Positions 19,451-27,925 of a stretch of 64,000 nt of DNA are shown in pieces. The notes under the pieces were generated by a model, which was not told the DNA's origin, made no database searches, and saw only the letters and a program-made list of their open reading frames with translations. Position 1 is the first letter of the stretch. The number at the start of each line of letters is the position of its first letter. Both the position numbers and the translations under genes were made by a program. This DNA is from a virus (lineage: Duplodnaviria > Caudoviricetes), in the IMG/VR virus record IMGVR_UViG_3300037313_001002, positions 9,033 to 73,032 of that record. One strand, 5' to 3'.

Positions 19451-20306
19451 TTATCCTTTTTCCAAAAGTTTTAGCTAAATCAAAATATTTTAATGCGAAA
19501 TCTATTTGTTCTTTTAACATTTGAAAATTTTCCCATAGCCATATATTATTTCCGTTTTCAAAATCTTCTCTAACAGATTGATAATCATGACTAATAATAC
19601 AAAGTCCACATCCGGCCATCCTAAACATTCGGTCTGACGTATAACGCTCGTAATCGAAATGGGATAGGTTTATGCCAATCTTTGCACCCCGGTAAATACA
19701 TGCCTCCCCGTGTTGATTACCCATGTAATTTCCGTTAGCTAAATCCCCCCAACCACTTCCGTAAAGACCAAACCTGTTACCATAGGTACTTCTAAGAAAC
19801 TGAACCATTTCTTTCCGGTACTGGCTCAATGGAAAGCCACCGCAGTTATTGCCCATGAAAACTATTTCAGGTGCATCGTATTTTTCGCCGTCAGATTTAT
19901 AGATTTCAGGGTCATAGCCTATTTGAAGGAAAGATGATTTAAATCCCAAAGCCCTCATTGTCCTGACATCTTCCATATTGGAAAAGCAGGTCAGGTCACA
20001 ACCCCAATGCGCCATTTCGATATAAAAATCCGGCAACGGACTACGAACGTCACCGCTCCAATGTATGATAAATGCATTAGTTGCCTTTATATCCTCTATT
20101 GTGGATTTTAAAAGACCTTTAGCCTGTATTTGAATAAATACTACATCCGGCTTAAAATAACTCAATACAGAGCTTATATTGTCGTTTAAATCGGGTAAGC
20201 TGACCGCTATCTCCCTGTATTCATCACAAATACCTTTCATGGCTTTGGTGAACCCATTATCGCTTCCATCAGCGTTTACCATGCAGGATATGTTGAGTAG
20301 CTTCAT
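19377..20306 (-). CDS. CgeB-like GT-B glycosyltransferase (Glyco_trans_1_2)
   Basis: 'SSFLQIGYDP', 'IVFMGN', 'YGSGW', 'IYRGAKIGINLSHF...YTSDRMF...GCG'. Confidence 0.8.
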   Translation of the reverse strand: MKLLNISCMVNADGSDNGFTKAMKGICDEYREIAVSLPDLNDNISSVLSYFKPDVVFIQIQAKGLLKSTIEDIKATNAFIIHWSGDVRSPLPDFYIEMAHWGCDLTCFSNMEDVRTMRALGFKSSFLQIGYDPEIYKSDGEKYDAPEIVFMGNNCGGFPLSQYRKEMVQFLRSTYGNRFGLYGSGWGDLANGNYMGNQHGEACIYRGAKIGINLSHFDYERYTSDRMFRMAGCGLCIISHDYQSVREDFENGNNIWLWENFQMLKEQIDFALKYFDLAKTFGKRINELAKENHTFTKMAQQIRQLYEQR

Positions 20307-20404
20307 TTATTCAAATGGGTTAAAAGATAGATAGCTTCCAAAATTACCAGCATAAAGATTACAGCACCCTCATTATCGTTAAGCCAATCAATCAACTTTT
20401 TCAT
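20303..20404 (-). CDS. 33-aa single-TM peptide
   Basis: Hand-translated MKKLIDWLNDNEGAVIFMLVILEAIYLLTHLNK; ATGA overlap with the CgeB-like gene. Confidence 0.45.
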   Translation of the reverse strand: MKKLIDWLNDNEGAVIFMLVILEAIYLLTHLNK

Positions 20405-20576
20405 AACTTCCCCTTCCTTTACTGTGCTTTCTTTCCTTTTCTACTACGCTTATTTCCCGCACATCTTTCACTTCATCGATAATAGCGCGTATGGCTTCGT
20501 GAAATTCATTTGCCTCAACATCTTTTTGATATTGGGTAACATCGCTATGTAACTTGTAAAAAACTATAAACTTCAT
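20388..20576 (-). CDS. Hypothetical protein
   Basis: 62 aa ATG ORF coupled to neighbours. Confidence 0.5.
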   Translation of the reverse strand: MKFIVFYKLHSDVTQYQKDVEANEFHEAIRAIIDEVKDVREISVVEKERKHSKGRGSYEKVD

Positions 20577-21157
20577 AATTGATGTGGTTCAAGTAAAAGG
20601 TAAGGTGGCCGTATTTGTGGTTTCCCATGCCATGAACGATCATCTCCATTATGTAAATGATAGGTCTTAATGGTTCGGCTTGGATTGCTTAAATTATAGC
20701 CCGCCTGTTGCAATTCATAAGCCAACCGATTGTCGCAACCCGGAAATCCCAATAAAAAATCATAGTTTCCTGTTTTTATTTTGCCCCTAAAAAGCCAACT
20801 ATCCTGACTATCTCTGCGTCCCATAAATTGACCCGTTAGCGCATCCCAACGTGTTAATGCCCAACAGTCGTCCTTTTCAAGCAATAACTTTATTATCTCC
20901 AATCCTTCTTCGTCAAAATAAATGTCAGAGTTCGCTATGATGTTGATGTCGTTATCGTTAGTCACTTCATTCACGTAATCGAATATCTCTTTGAAAGTCG
21001 GCCTGTTCTGTATTTGCTTGGCTGAACTTAATGTTCCTGTTTCGTCAAGTAGGTAAATTTTGTCGATGAAGATATTGTTCTCGTTTTTTTGCAAAACCGT
21101 GTTAAGTTCGGCAAACCGCTTTTCGTCGTGATAATATGTTGTGAACAGATTTATCAT
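20573..21157 (-). CDS. Nucleotide-diphospho-sugar transferase-like protein; probable start ATG 21157
   Basis: 'IIANSDIYFD' (DxD-like), 'ALTRWD', 'SQDSWLF', 'GCDNRLAY', 'KTYHLH'; the ORF-track extension to 21205 lies inside the structured leader. Confidence 0.6.
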   Translation of the reverse strand: MINLFTTYYHDEKRFAELNTVLQKNENNIFIDKIYLLDETGTLSSAKQIQNRPTFKEIFDYVNEVTNDNDINIIANSDIYFDEEGLEIIKLLLEKDDCWALTRWDALTGQFMGRRDSQDSWLFRGKIKTGNYDFLLGFPGCDNRLAYELQQAGYNLSNPSRTIKTYHLHNGDDRSWHGKPQIRPPYLLLEPHQL

Positions 21158-21295
21158 AAAATTAAAAAACCCCACAGTCCTCCATGTCAGAGAAAGCGCG
21201 AACAATCCACAAATGAAATGGAACTAACTGCGGGGGTGCTTTAAATATCTTGATTCTCATTTGTGAATTTTTAAGATGTTCGCTTTTCAAATGTA
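21158..21295 (-). promoter_or_regulatory. -7 promoter box plus structured 5' leader (overlapping helices)
   Basis: TACATTTG at 21295-21288; helix A 21257-21265/21208-21216 plus 21277-21283/21198-21204; helix B 21227-21235/21170-21178 with a G-U pair valid on the minus strand. Confidence 0.6.
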
Positions 21296-21324
21296 ATAAT
21301 GTTTTTGATAAATACAAAAAAGTT

Positions 21325-21726
21325 TTATTTACCGAACTCATCCACCTGAACTAATTTTTTATTTTCTTTCTCCAATAATTTATTTTTTGCCATCACCGAA
21401 ACTAACTCTCTGTAAAGGTTTCGGTTTGAAGCCTGTAAATTTGCGTTATAAGACACTATCTTTCCCAAACGGGTGTTTATATCCAATAAGGCGATAAGTC
21501 GCTCCTTAGAGGCTTTAATTCGCTCTGACGGGTATTTTTTCTCGTAGTCTACAACTTCCTGTAGCATATCGAGCAAATATCCGGTCTGTTCGCCTAAAAG
21601 TTTACACGGTTCATTAACTGTTTCCAGTTCGCTCAACAAAAGGTAGCGTTCAGCTTCTTTCAGGTCTAAACTGTCGTTCAGGCTTTCTATGGTTTCCTGT
21701 AATTCTTTGATGTAAGTCTTTGCCAT
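21325..21726 (-). CDS. Coiled-coil hypothetical protein
   Basis: 133 aa with heptad pattern. Confidence 0.6.
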   Translation of the reverse strand: MAKTYIKELQETIESLNDSLDLKEAERYLLLSELETVNEPCKLLGEQTGYLLDMLQEVVDYEKKYPSERIKASKERLIALLDINTRLGKIVSYNANLQASNRNLYRELVSVMAKNKLLEKENKKLVQVDEFGK

Positions 21727-21740
21727 GGCTAAAATACATT

Positions 21741-22691
21741 TTACTGTGCCGATATAGGCATAATAAATTTATCGGCTGAATTTCTATCATGCTCAAAAGC
21801 GTACATATCACCTAATTCGTAATACCTGTTACGCTTCCAGTCGAAGTAAAGCGTACACTTACCCTTTTCAGCCACACCCTTTGGTTTAGCCTTGTCAACA
21901 TGTACATGCACCTCGTTTGGCTTATACTGCCATCCGCTTGAATCCAGTAAACGACTATCTGGCCTCCAAAGAGTAATCCACGTCATAGATTTCCGATACA
22001 ACGCCTGTCCACCTGCGGCCTGACGTGGTAATGGTTTTGGATAGTAAGTTATCCCATCCTTGGTTGTTATCGGCATTGATTGAGCGGGGTGTATGGATAA
22101 GAAAAAATGCCTGTTTTCCTTTTTGCACCTGCGCCTAACCTCAGACATAATACTTTCGATATACAAATCCTGACGCGCTCCAAATTCCGTCATATCGTGG
22201 CTAAGTTCGTTATACGGCTCGCCAATGATAATATCAATCCGCTGTTTAGGATGTTGCTTATCCCACTCATTGGCACAATCGAATAAATCTTTTATCGAAT
22301 AAGTTTTTTCGTCCGTGTCTAAAATGACAAAATATTCGTTAAGCCATGCAAGTGCATCATAAAGTTCCCTGTCGCCAATGCAGTACGGATTTGATTTTAA
22401 CATAACCTTGCCCGTGTACTTGTGAACAAGTTCGGCTACAATTTCATTTGGCGAACCAGTTTCGGGCGAACAAACTAAACTTCTCTTTCCAAAAAATGTT
22501 TGGTTCATAGCCATTTCAAAAATAAACTCCGATTTGCCATGGGTTGGTTCAGCAAGTATGATTGTGTAGGTTCCTTGCTTGACTGAATAAATTTTATCCA
22601 GTTCTCTAAAGCCTGTATTTTCACCACGGGTTATACCACGCTCACGTAGTGATTCAATTTCAGGCATTATGTCAAGAATAGATTTAATCAT
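21741..22691 (-). CDS. DnaB-like (SF4) replicative helicase
   Basis: 'NTGFRELD', Walker A AEPTHGKS, 'SPETG', 'IIGEPYN', 'FLSIHP', 'VHVDKAK..G'. Confidence 0.85.
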   Translation of the reverse strand: MIKSILDIMPEIESLRERGITRGENTGFRELDKIYSVKQGTYTIILAEPTHGKSEFIFEMAMNQTFFGKRSLVCSPETGSPNEIVAELVHKYTGKVMLKSNPYCIGDRELYDALAWLNEYFVILDTDEKTYSIKDLFDCANEWDKQHPKQRIDIIIGEPYNELSHDMTEFGARQDLYIESIMSEVRRRCKKENRHFFLSIHPAQSMPITTKDGITYYPKPLPRQAAGGQALYRKSMTWITLWRPDSRLLDSSGWQYKPNEVHVHVDKAKPKGVAEKGKCTLYFDWKRNRYYELGDMYAFEHDRNSADKFIMPISAQ

Positions 22692-22712
22692 GATTTGGTT
22701 TGTTTAAGGTTG

Positions 22713-23348
22713 TTAATTCCCAACTTCCCCTGTAACGGGTGTTGCAAAAAATTTCTTAGGTTGTTTAGCGTTTCTAATCCAGTTGGCTACCCGTAATGGC
22801 AACTCCCATGTTTTCTCAAGTTCAAACCTCATACGGGTACGTTTTGGATTTAACTCTGTCCAGTACTTAAAAAATTCATTTAAATTTTCCTTATCAAAAC
22901 TTGGATTTCTTTCTCCAAAATTTCGTAATTCATCTTTAAACTTTTCTTTTCTAAATAATATATTATCTTTATATATATTAGTTGGGGCAGGTGACCGTAC
23001 GGCAACCGTGCGTTGCACACGGTTAGCATCGTTGTAACTATCATAATTACAGACAGTTATCAGTGTAGTTTGCGTGTTAATCACACGGGTAATCATGTGT
23101 GAAGCTTCTAATGAGGTTAAAAAGTTCCTTGCGGTATCTTTACTAACGCCCCACCGGGATGCCCATCCCTGTAAACTAAGCAAACATTGCCCCCTTTCGC
23201 AGACAAAAACCTCGTTACCAAGATTGACTTTTTTGGTTTGAGTATTTACCGTAAGTAAAATATCAAGCCACCATTTCAGTTTATTGGAATCTTTCCAAAT
23301 CCAATGTTCCATGATTTGCCTGTGAAGATTTATAAATTCCTGTGACAT
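22713..23348 (-). CDS. Phage replication initiator/replisome organiser (lambda O-like, DnaD-type)
   Basis: 'FINLHRQIMEHWIW...ERGQ...SLQGWASRWG...LITVCNYDSY' wHTH; C-terminal 'FFKYWTE...RFELEKTWEL..R..W'; adjacent to the helicase. Confidence 0.75.
   Translation of the reverse strand: MSQEFINLHRQIMEHWIWKDSNKLKWWLDILLTVNTQTKKVNLGNEVFVCERGQCLLSLQGWASRWGVSKDTARNFLTSLEASHMITRVINTQTTLITVCNYDSYNDANRVQRTVAVRSPAPTNIYKDNILFRKEKFKDELRNFGERNPSFDKENLNEFFKYWTELNPKRTRMRFELEKTWELPLRVANWIRNAKQPKKFFATPVTGEVGN
22925..23050. other. Candidate lambdoid-type replication origin inside the initiator gene
   Basis: Short ACCGT/ACGG repeats at about 22990-23025 next to a very AT-rich tract (about 22935-22980), in the interdomain linker where such origins usually lie. 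Confidence 0.25.
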
Positions 23349-23351
23349 GAG

Positions 23352-23894
23352 TTAAGCGGCAAGGTGTTTCCATGTAATATTATTTTTTATATTTCTAATA
23401 GCTGACGGGGTGACAAAACTGAACTCTTTATGAACATCCATTACCCGTGTGCCACACTTTATTAACTCCTTTATTTTTAGTACATTATCCGTGTTAAGCT
23501 TAGAAGATTTATTACGCTCACCTATCGCTAAAAGGCCATTGTCTGATGCGTGTTTCATGTTCTCATTTTGAGTAACCCATTGAAGATTTGAATAGATATT
23601 ATTGGTTTTATTGCAATCATTGTGGTTAATCTGTGGCTTATTATCGGGGTTGTCTATAAAAACAGTCGCAACAATTCTATGAACCTGCATGTGACGCCTT
23701 TCATCTAACCTACGGAGTGTTACCAGTAAATAGCCATTCCTATCCTTCCATGGCTTTATTATCTGTGATTTGTACTTTAGTCGCCTTGGTTTAAATACAA
23801 TCCTATAACAGCGCATAACGTTGCCTAAATTTGATATTTCGTAGTAGCCATCCCATCCCGGAATAGGTTTCCAAATTTCTTGTTGTGTTGTCAT
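23352..23894 (-). CDS. NUMOD4-HNH homing endonuclease
   Basis: 'EIWKPIPGWDGYYEISNLGNV', 'VHRIVA...QINHNDCNKTNNIYSNLQW'. Confidence 0.9.
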   Translation of the reverse strand: MTTQQEIWKPIPGWDGYYEISNLGNVMRCYRIVFKPRRLKYKSQIIKPWKDRNGYLLVTLRRLDERRHMQVHRIVATVFIDNPDNKPQINHNDCNKTNNIYSNLQWVTQNENMKHASDNGLLAIGERNKSSKLNTDNVLKIKELIKCGTRVMDVHKEFSFVTPSAIRNIKNNITWKHLAA

Positions 23895-23902
23895 AATTTT
23901 AA

Positions 23903-24415
23903 TTATTGATATTTAAAATCAGGTTGATATTTATAATATTTCTTAAAGTAAACAGACACTTGACGGTTAATATCAGCGTAAAAATCACAGTAATTAACTT
24001 CTGAATAGTTTACATCGGCGTAATTCAAATGATAGTGCAAGGCTAAAAGCGATTTTACGTTATTTTTTGAACGGTTTAGAAAAACAGAAAGCCAGTTTAT
24101 CCGTTCTTCAATAGGAATATTCGAGAATAGCACATGACAAACCATAGCCATATATTCTTCATACCAAAAACCATTTCTATGCGAATCTTTAATAGGCCGT
24201 ATAGCTGCCTTAAGGCCAATCCACACTACCCCAAACTTAGACAAGGCCCCTGAAATTATTTCTTCAAGCTGAATATGAGAATCAGCCGAAAATTCGTCCA
24301 AAGCAACGGCTTTATTATCCGCTAACGGGGTAATAGGCTGACTTTTTTGACGGGCAAGAAACTCCCGAACACTACCGCTTTTTTTGGTGTAAACCGTTTC
24401 TGTCATCTCGGACAT
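23903..24415 (-). CDS. Hypothetical protein
   Basis: 170 aa ATG ORF in the operon. Confidence 0.6.
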   Translation of the reverse strand: MSEMTETVYTKKSGSVREFLARQKSQPITPLADNKAVALDEFSADSHIQLEEIISGALSKFGVVWIGLKAAIRPIKDSHRNGFWYEEYMAMVCHVLFSNIPIEERINWLSVFLNRSKNNVKSLLALHYHLNYADVNYSEVNYCDFYADINRQVSVYFKKYYKYQPDFKYQ

Positions 24416-24446
24416 TGTAAATTGTATAAAGCCGACAAATTGTTAT

Positions 24447-24611
24447 TTAATCCAGTAGAATTAATATTCCACCACGAATCTCAACGGTGTTGACTGCTTT
24501 TGTCTTAATCATATCGCTTACACGCTGGCGGCTTGTCTTTTTTAGCCTCGCATATTCGGCTTGAGTGATTAGCTTAGTACGGTCAACCTTTAAAGGTTTG
24601 AGTTGATCCAT
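24447..24611 (-). CDS. Small HTH DNA-binding protein (54 aa)
   Basis: Hand-translated MDQLKPLKVDRTKLITQAEYARLKKTSRQRVSDMIKTKAVNTVEIRGGILILLD; excisionase-like 'TQAEYAR..SRQRV' pattern. Confidence 0.65.
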   Translation of the reverse strand: MDQLKPLKVDRTKLITQAEYARLKKTSRQRVSDMIKTKAVNTVEIRGGILILLD

Positions 24612-24655
24612 GGCATAAAGTTAAAAAATATTAGTAACCGATTGTAAAATACGGC

Positions 24656-24838
24656 CTAAGATTTTTCAACATTATCGTCATTGTTTTCTAAACTTTCCTC
24701 AACAATAACTCTGACCATTTCTGACTTGGTTCTCCGTTCTTTCCCCGCTCGTTCCGCAATTTTTTCTGCCGTTGACGGTTTTACCCTTGTCAGGATGAAC
24801 TCCGTAAATTTCTCGGTATCTTTTTCCGTATTTTTCAT
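24656..24838 (-). CDS. Ribbon-helix-helix (Arc/CopG-like) regulator
   Basis: 'ILTRVKPSTAEKIAERAGKERRTKSEMVRVIVEESL'. Confidence 0.7.
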   Translation of the reverse strand: MKNTEKDTEKFTEFILTRVKPSTAEKIAERAGKERRTKSEMVRVIVEESLENNDDNVEKS

Positions 24839-25382
24839 TGATTACTTTTCTGATATTCCTAATATATAAATTAACTATGGGTAAAGTAAGATGGGTTTCC
24901 TCACACACTTCATCAAGCGACAATTGCCTGATAAAATACGCCTCGAACACCGAATTTTGCCTGCGGCATCTTATGGTAAATGGCATGTCTTTGACTATAT
25001 CCATCAATAAATCCTTTTCAGAAAAATTAGCCTGATATACACCATCTACATCAAAAATGTCATCTATTGACGTTTCCGAAAATACTAACCCCATTCTTGA
25101 CCTGTGCTTACTTAGGTTAATTGCTTTTGAAATGATTATCTTATGCACATAAGACCACATTGCTACGTCCCCTGTTGAACGAAAGTTTTTGTTTTGAAGC
25201 CAAAATGCTATTGAAAGATTAACTTCTGACAATAATTCACTTCTGCTAACATGGTATTTAAATGCCCTGTTTTTTATCCAAGTTTTAATTTTACCATAGT
25301 TTTTGTAAAAAAATTTATGCGTAGGGGGTATAACAGTTTCAACCTCTACGCTTGGGTAAAAACCTGTGTACCACCGTTCAAT
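24699..25382 (-). CDS. ECF/sigma-70-like factor; start uncertain (frame open from 25382)
   Basis: Region-2-like 'FYKNYGKIKTWIKNRAFKY..SELLSEVNLSI...MWSYVHKIIISKAINL' upstream of the track's TTG, and region-4-like 'VFEAYFIRQLSLDEVCEETHLTLPIVNLYIRNIRK'. Confidence 0.6.
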   Translation of the reverse strand: MERWYTGFYPSVEVETVIPPTHKFFYKNYGKIKTWIKNRAFKYHVSRSELLSEVNLSIAFWLQNKNFRSTGDVAMWSYVHKIIISKAINLSKHRSRMGLVFSETSIDDIFDVDGVYQANFSEKDLLMDIVKDMPFTIRCRRQNSVFEAYFIRQLSLDEVCEETHLTLPIVNLYIRNIRKVINEKYGKRYREIYGVHPDKGKTVNGRKNCGTSGERTENQVRNGQSYC

Positions 25383-25606
25383 TTATTTTGTGGGGTAACT
25401 TCTATGAACCCGGTATTATCCATTGGGTGACCGTTAAGGATGCGTAAAAAATCATTCTCAACTTTCGCGGTATCAATTAATGTTTGCGCAAGCGGAACTA
25501 AAGCATTTGCTCGTTTAATTTCTTCGTCCAGTTTACAGTCATCGTCCTGCAAACGCTCTATTTGAGCGAATAGGTGATTTCTCAAATCCTCAAGTTTGTT
25601 TCTCAT
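25346..25606 (-). CDS. Conserved small phage protein
   Basis: 'MRNKLEDLRNHLFAQIERL...EEIKRANA' is a recurring phage motif. Confidence 0.65.
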   Translation of the reverse strand: MRNKLEDLRNHLFAQIERLQDDDCKLDEEIKRANALVPLAQTLIDTAKVENDFLRILNGHPMDNTGFIEVTPQNKLNGGTQVFTQA

Positions 25607-26003
25607 TTTTCTTAATTTTCAATATGATTTTTTTTATTCGGTTAATTAAAATTTGGTTTCTTTTTATTTCAATATTTTCCATGGTTATACCTATACCAGC
25701 ATCACGAAGTAGTTTTCTAACGTAATAATCAGACACAATGCCAACATGCGATTTAAACCTAATATTCCACGCCTGTAAATAATCCTTGTTTTTCTCAAAC
25801 TCACGCCTCCAATTAAGGCGTTTTTCTCTGTTTTTAGCGTACCAGTTTTTAGCTGATTTTCTTAAAACTCCACTATCCCTATTTTTGATATATTCACATT
25901 TTTTACAGGTTCTCATAAAGGAAACTGTACCATTCGGTTTTTTATTTTTCCTAAATAACAAAAGGTCTTTTTCCTCTCCACAAACCTTACAAAGTCTTGT
26001 CAT
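25590..26003 (-). CDS. Zn-finger (CxxC) basic protein
   Basis: CKVC...CKKC; C-terminal ITMENIEIKRNQI motif. Confidence 0.65.
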   Translation of the reverse strand: MTRLCKVCGEEKDLLLFRKNKKPNGTVSFMRTCKKCEYIKNRDSGVLRKSAKNWYAKNREKRLNWRREFEKNKDYLQAWNIRFKSHVGIVSDYYVRKLLRDAGIGITMENIEIKRNQILINRIKKIILKIKKNEKQT

Positions 26004-26685
26004 TTAATAATTTAATTAATTTTTTTATACGAAAAATAGCTATTTCAGATCGTTTAATATTAATCATTTCCGGTGTTATTACCGCCAATCGATTACTATG
26101 CTTAATTAATCTTTTGGCATATTGCTCGGTTATTTTATCAATATGATATTTATCTTTAACCCTACGTTCAAGTAATTGAACTTGACTTGGCTTATGGGTT
26201 AGTAAATAATTTCTTCTCCATTCTTTATACTTGTCCGAGTTCCTAAACTTATACGAATTAACCCGTGCGTACTCCCTAACCCTATCTCTATTCCTGTCCT
26301 TGAATTTGGCTGAAATTTGCTTTCTTTTTGCAATAAAATCAGGGTCTTTGCACTTTATATTATTTCGTATATTCCACAATTCATTAATGCAATCACGACA
26401 TTTTTTAGCTCTATAAAGTTTGCCCTTTGCATATTTTTTGCTCCCGTTTTTCTTTAATTGGAAAGATTCAATCGGCTTTAACTCACCACATCTTTTACAG
26501 ATTCTAAACGTTTCAACAATCTTAGGTTTTCTGTTTTTTATCCGTAAATCTTTCTGCCTATTATATTTGCAAATCTTGCACTCTGAATTTAATACCCGGT
26601 CGGTCTTTTTTCTATTCCAATGAGTATAAAATTCACTATCATCTTTGGATATTTTACATTGATTACAAATCTTCATTACTATCAA
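25987..26685 (-). CDS. Double Zn-finger basic protein, paralogue of 25590..26003
   Basis: CNQC..CKIC and CKRC..CRDC; C-terminal ITPEMINIKRSEI motif. Confidence 0.65.
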   Translation of the reverse strand: MIVMKICNQCKISKDDSEFYTHWNRKKTDRVLNSECKICKYNRQKDLRIKNRKPKIVETFRICKRCGELKPIESFQLKKNGSKKYAKGKLYRAKKCRDCINELWNIRNNIKCKDPDFIAKRKQISAKFKDRNRDRVREYARVNSYKFRNSDKYKEWRRNYLLTHKPSQVQLLERRVKDKYHIDKITEQYAKRLIKHSNRLAVITPEMINIKRSEIAIFRIKKLIKLLNDKTL

Positions 26686-27074
26686 ATGTTATACAATGTT
26701 AACTATTGTTATACATATAAACAAGTGTAAATGATTTTTTACAAACAAAAACTTTTCAACATTGTTATGTGGAGTTTTTAAGGACATAAAAAAGCCCCGG
26801 AACAGTCACGAAACCGGGGCTAAACCAATTCACTTAATGAAAAACTTAACCGATGGTAAAGATAACTAAAAAATTATTCTTTTAGTTGTATAATTTCCAA
26901 TTGAATAAGTCCCTTTACAAATAGGGCATTTTTTCGCAAATCCAAGCCAATTATGAACTACTCCATATTGACAGTTTGGACAGGGTATATTATACTTAGT
27001 AATGATAAAACCGATGGCGTTATGATGCATTACCTGTAATCCGATAGGGCTTTTAAGTTCAAATGTTTCCATAT

Positions 27075-27350
27075 TTAATCTATTTTGAATAAATCCCGTT
27101 GTGGGAAGTACCACTCTACATGAACTAATGAATCGCCCTGTTGCCAGATTTCGTCCATGTCAAGATAGGTCTGCCCGTTTAGTTTGGTGTACGCCTTGTT
27201 AACGCTGTCGGCTTTCATGGGGTGATGTGGCTGAAAGGCTCCCTTGTTAAATACATTAGCCCTGACCAGACAGGTGTCTCCCACTTCACAAGCGGTATAA
27301 TCTTTCCTGCACCCGTACAGTAAAAATAATAAAATAATTGCTTTTTTCAT
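27075..27350 (-). CDS. Small lipoprotein
   Basis: MKKAIILLFLLYG-C lipobox-type signal peptide. Confidence 0.6.
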   Translation of the reverse strand: MKKAIILLFLLYGCRKDYTACEVGDTCLVRANVFNKGAFQPHHPMKADSVNKAYTKLNGQTYLDMDEIWQQGDSLVHVEWYFPQRDLFKID

Positions 27351-27386
27351 GGTAAATGAGTATATTTATATTAGTTCTTTGACATG

Positions 27387-27830
27387 TTAAAAAATATCTT
27401 TTTGCTCGTTTGGATAGCAGATTTCCCAATCAAAATTGATTCGGAACCATTGGCGTATGTACTCCAACTTTTCTTCAAAGTCAATAGTGCTTTGATCTGC
27501 CGATGAACCCGGCTTTCGGATAGGCGTATTGTTAACCACCACAATCTCTCCAAAGAAGTTGGCCTTGTTCCAGTCATGCACCTGCGATTTATCGTACACT
27601 TCCCCCCAAAACTCTTTAAAGCAGTCTATTTCTTCCTGTAAGAAGTAGCCCCAATAAAAATCGTTTTGGTTCAGGCTGCGTGGTTTACGGCGTGACTTAA
27701 CTTCAACTGTTACGCGCTCACCGTCTTTAAAGGCAGTTGCCAGTTCTTTATAAACCCATTCATAGCGCGGAAAGTCAATAAAGCAACTGTTTTTGACGTA
27801 CTTGATAACCGCATCGAATTTTCTTGTCAT
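27387..27830 (-). CDS. NinB/Orf-like recombination protein
   Basis: 'RSLNQNDFYWG...S..STIDFEEKLEYIRQW'. Confidence 0.65.
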   Translation of the reverse strand: MTRKFDAVIKYVKNSCFIDFPRYEWVYKELATAFKDGERVTVEVKSRRKPRSLNQNDFYWGYFLQEEIDCFKEFWGEVYDKSQVHDWNKANFFGEIVVVNNTPIRKPGSSADQSTIDFEEKLEYIRQWFRINFDWEICYPNEQKDIF

Positions 27831-27925
27831 AGTATATTATTTAAGCCCCTCTAAAGCCTTTAAAAGCGGGTCAAAGTTGCGCCATTTACCCGTGTTATCC
27901 TTTTCAAGGTAGAACTTTTGCTCAC

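Noticed and set aside
24447-24611. Integration/excision module
   Set aside because: An excisionase-like HTH is present, but no tyrosine or serine recombinase or att site is visible in the window.
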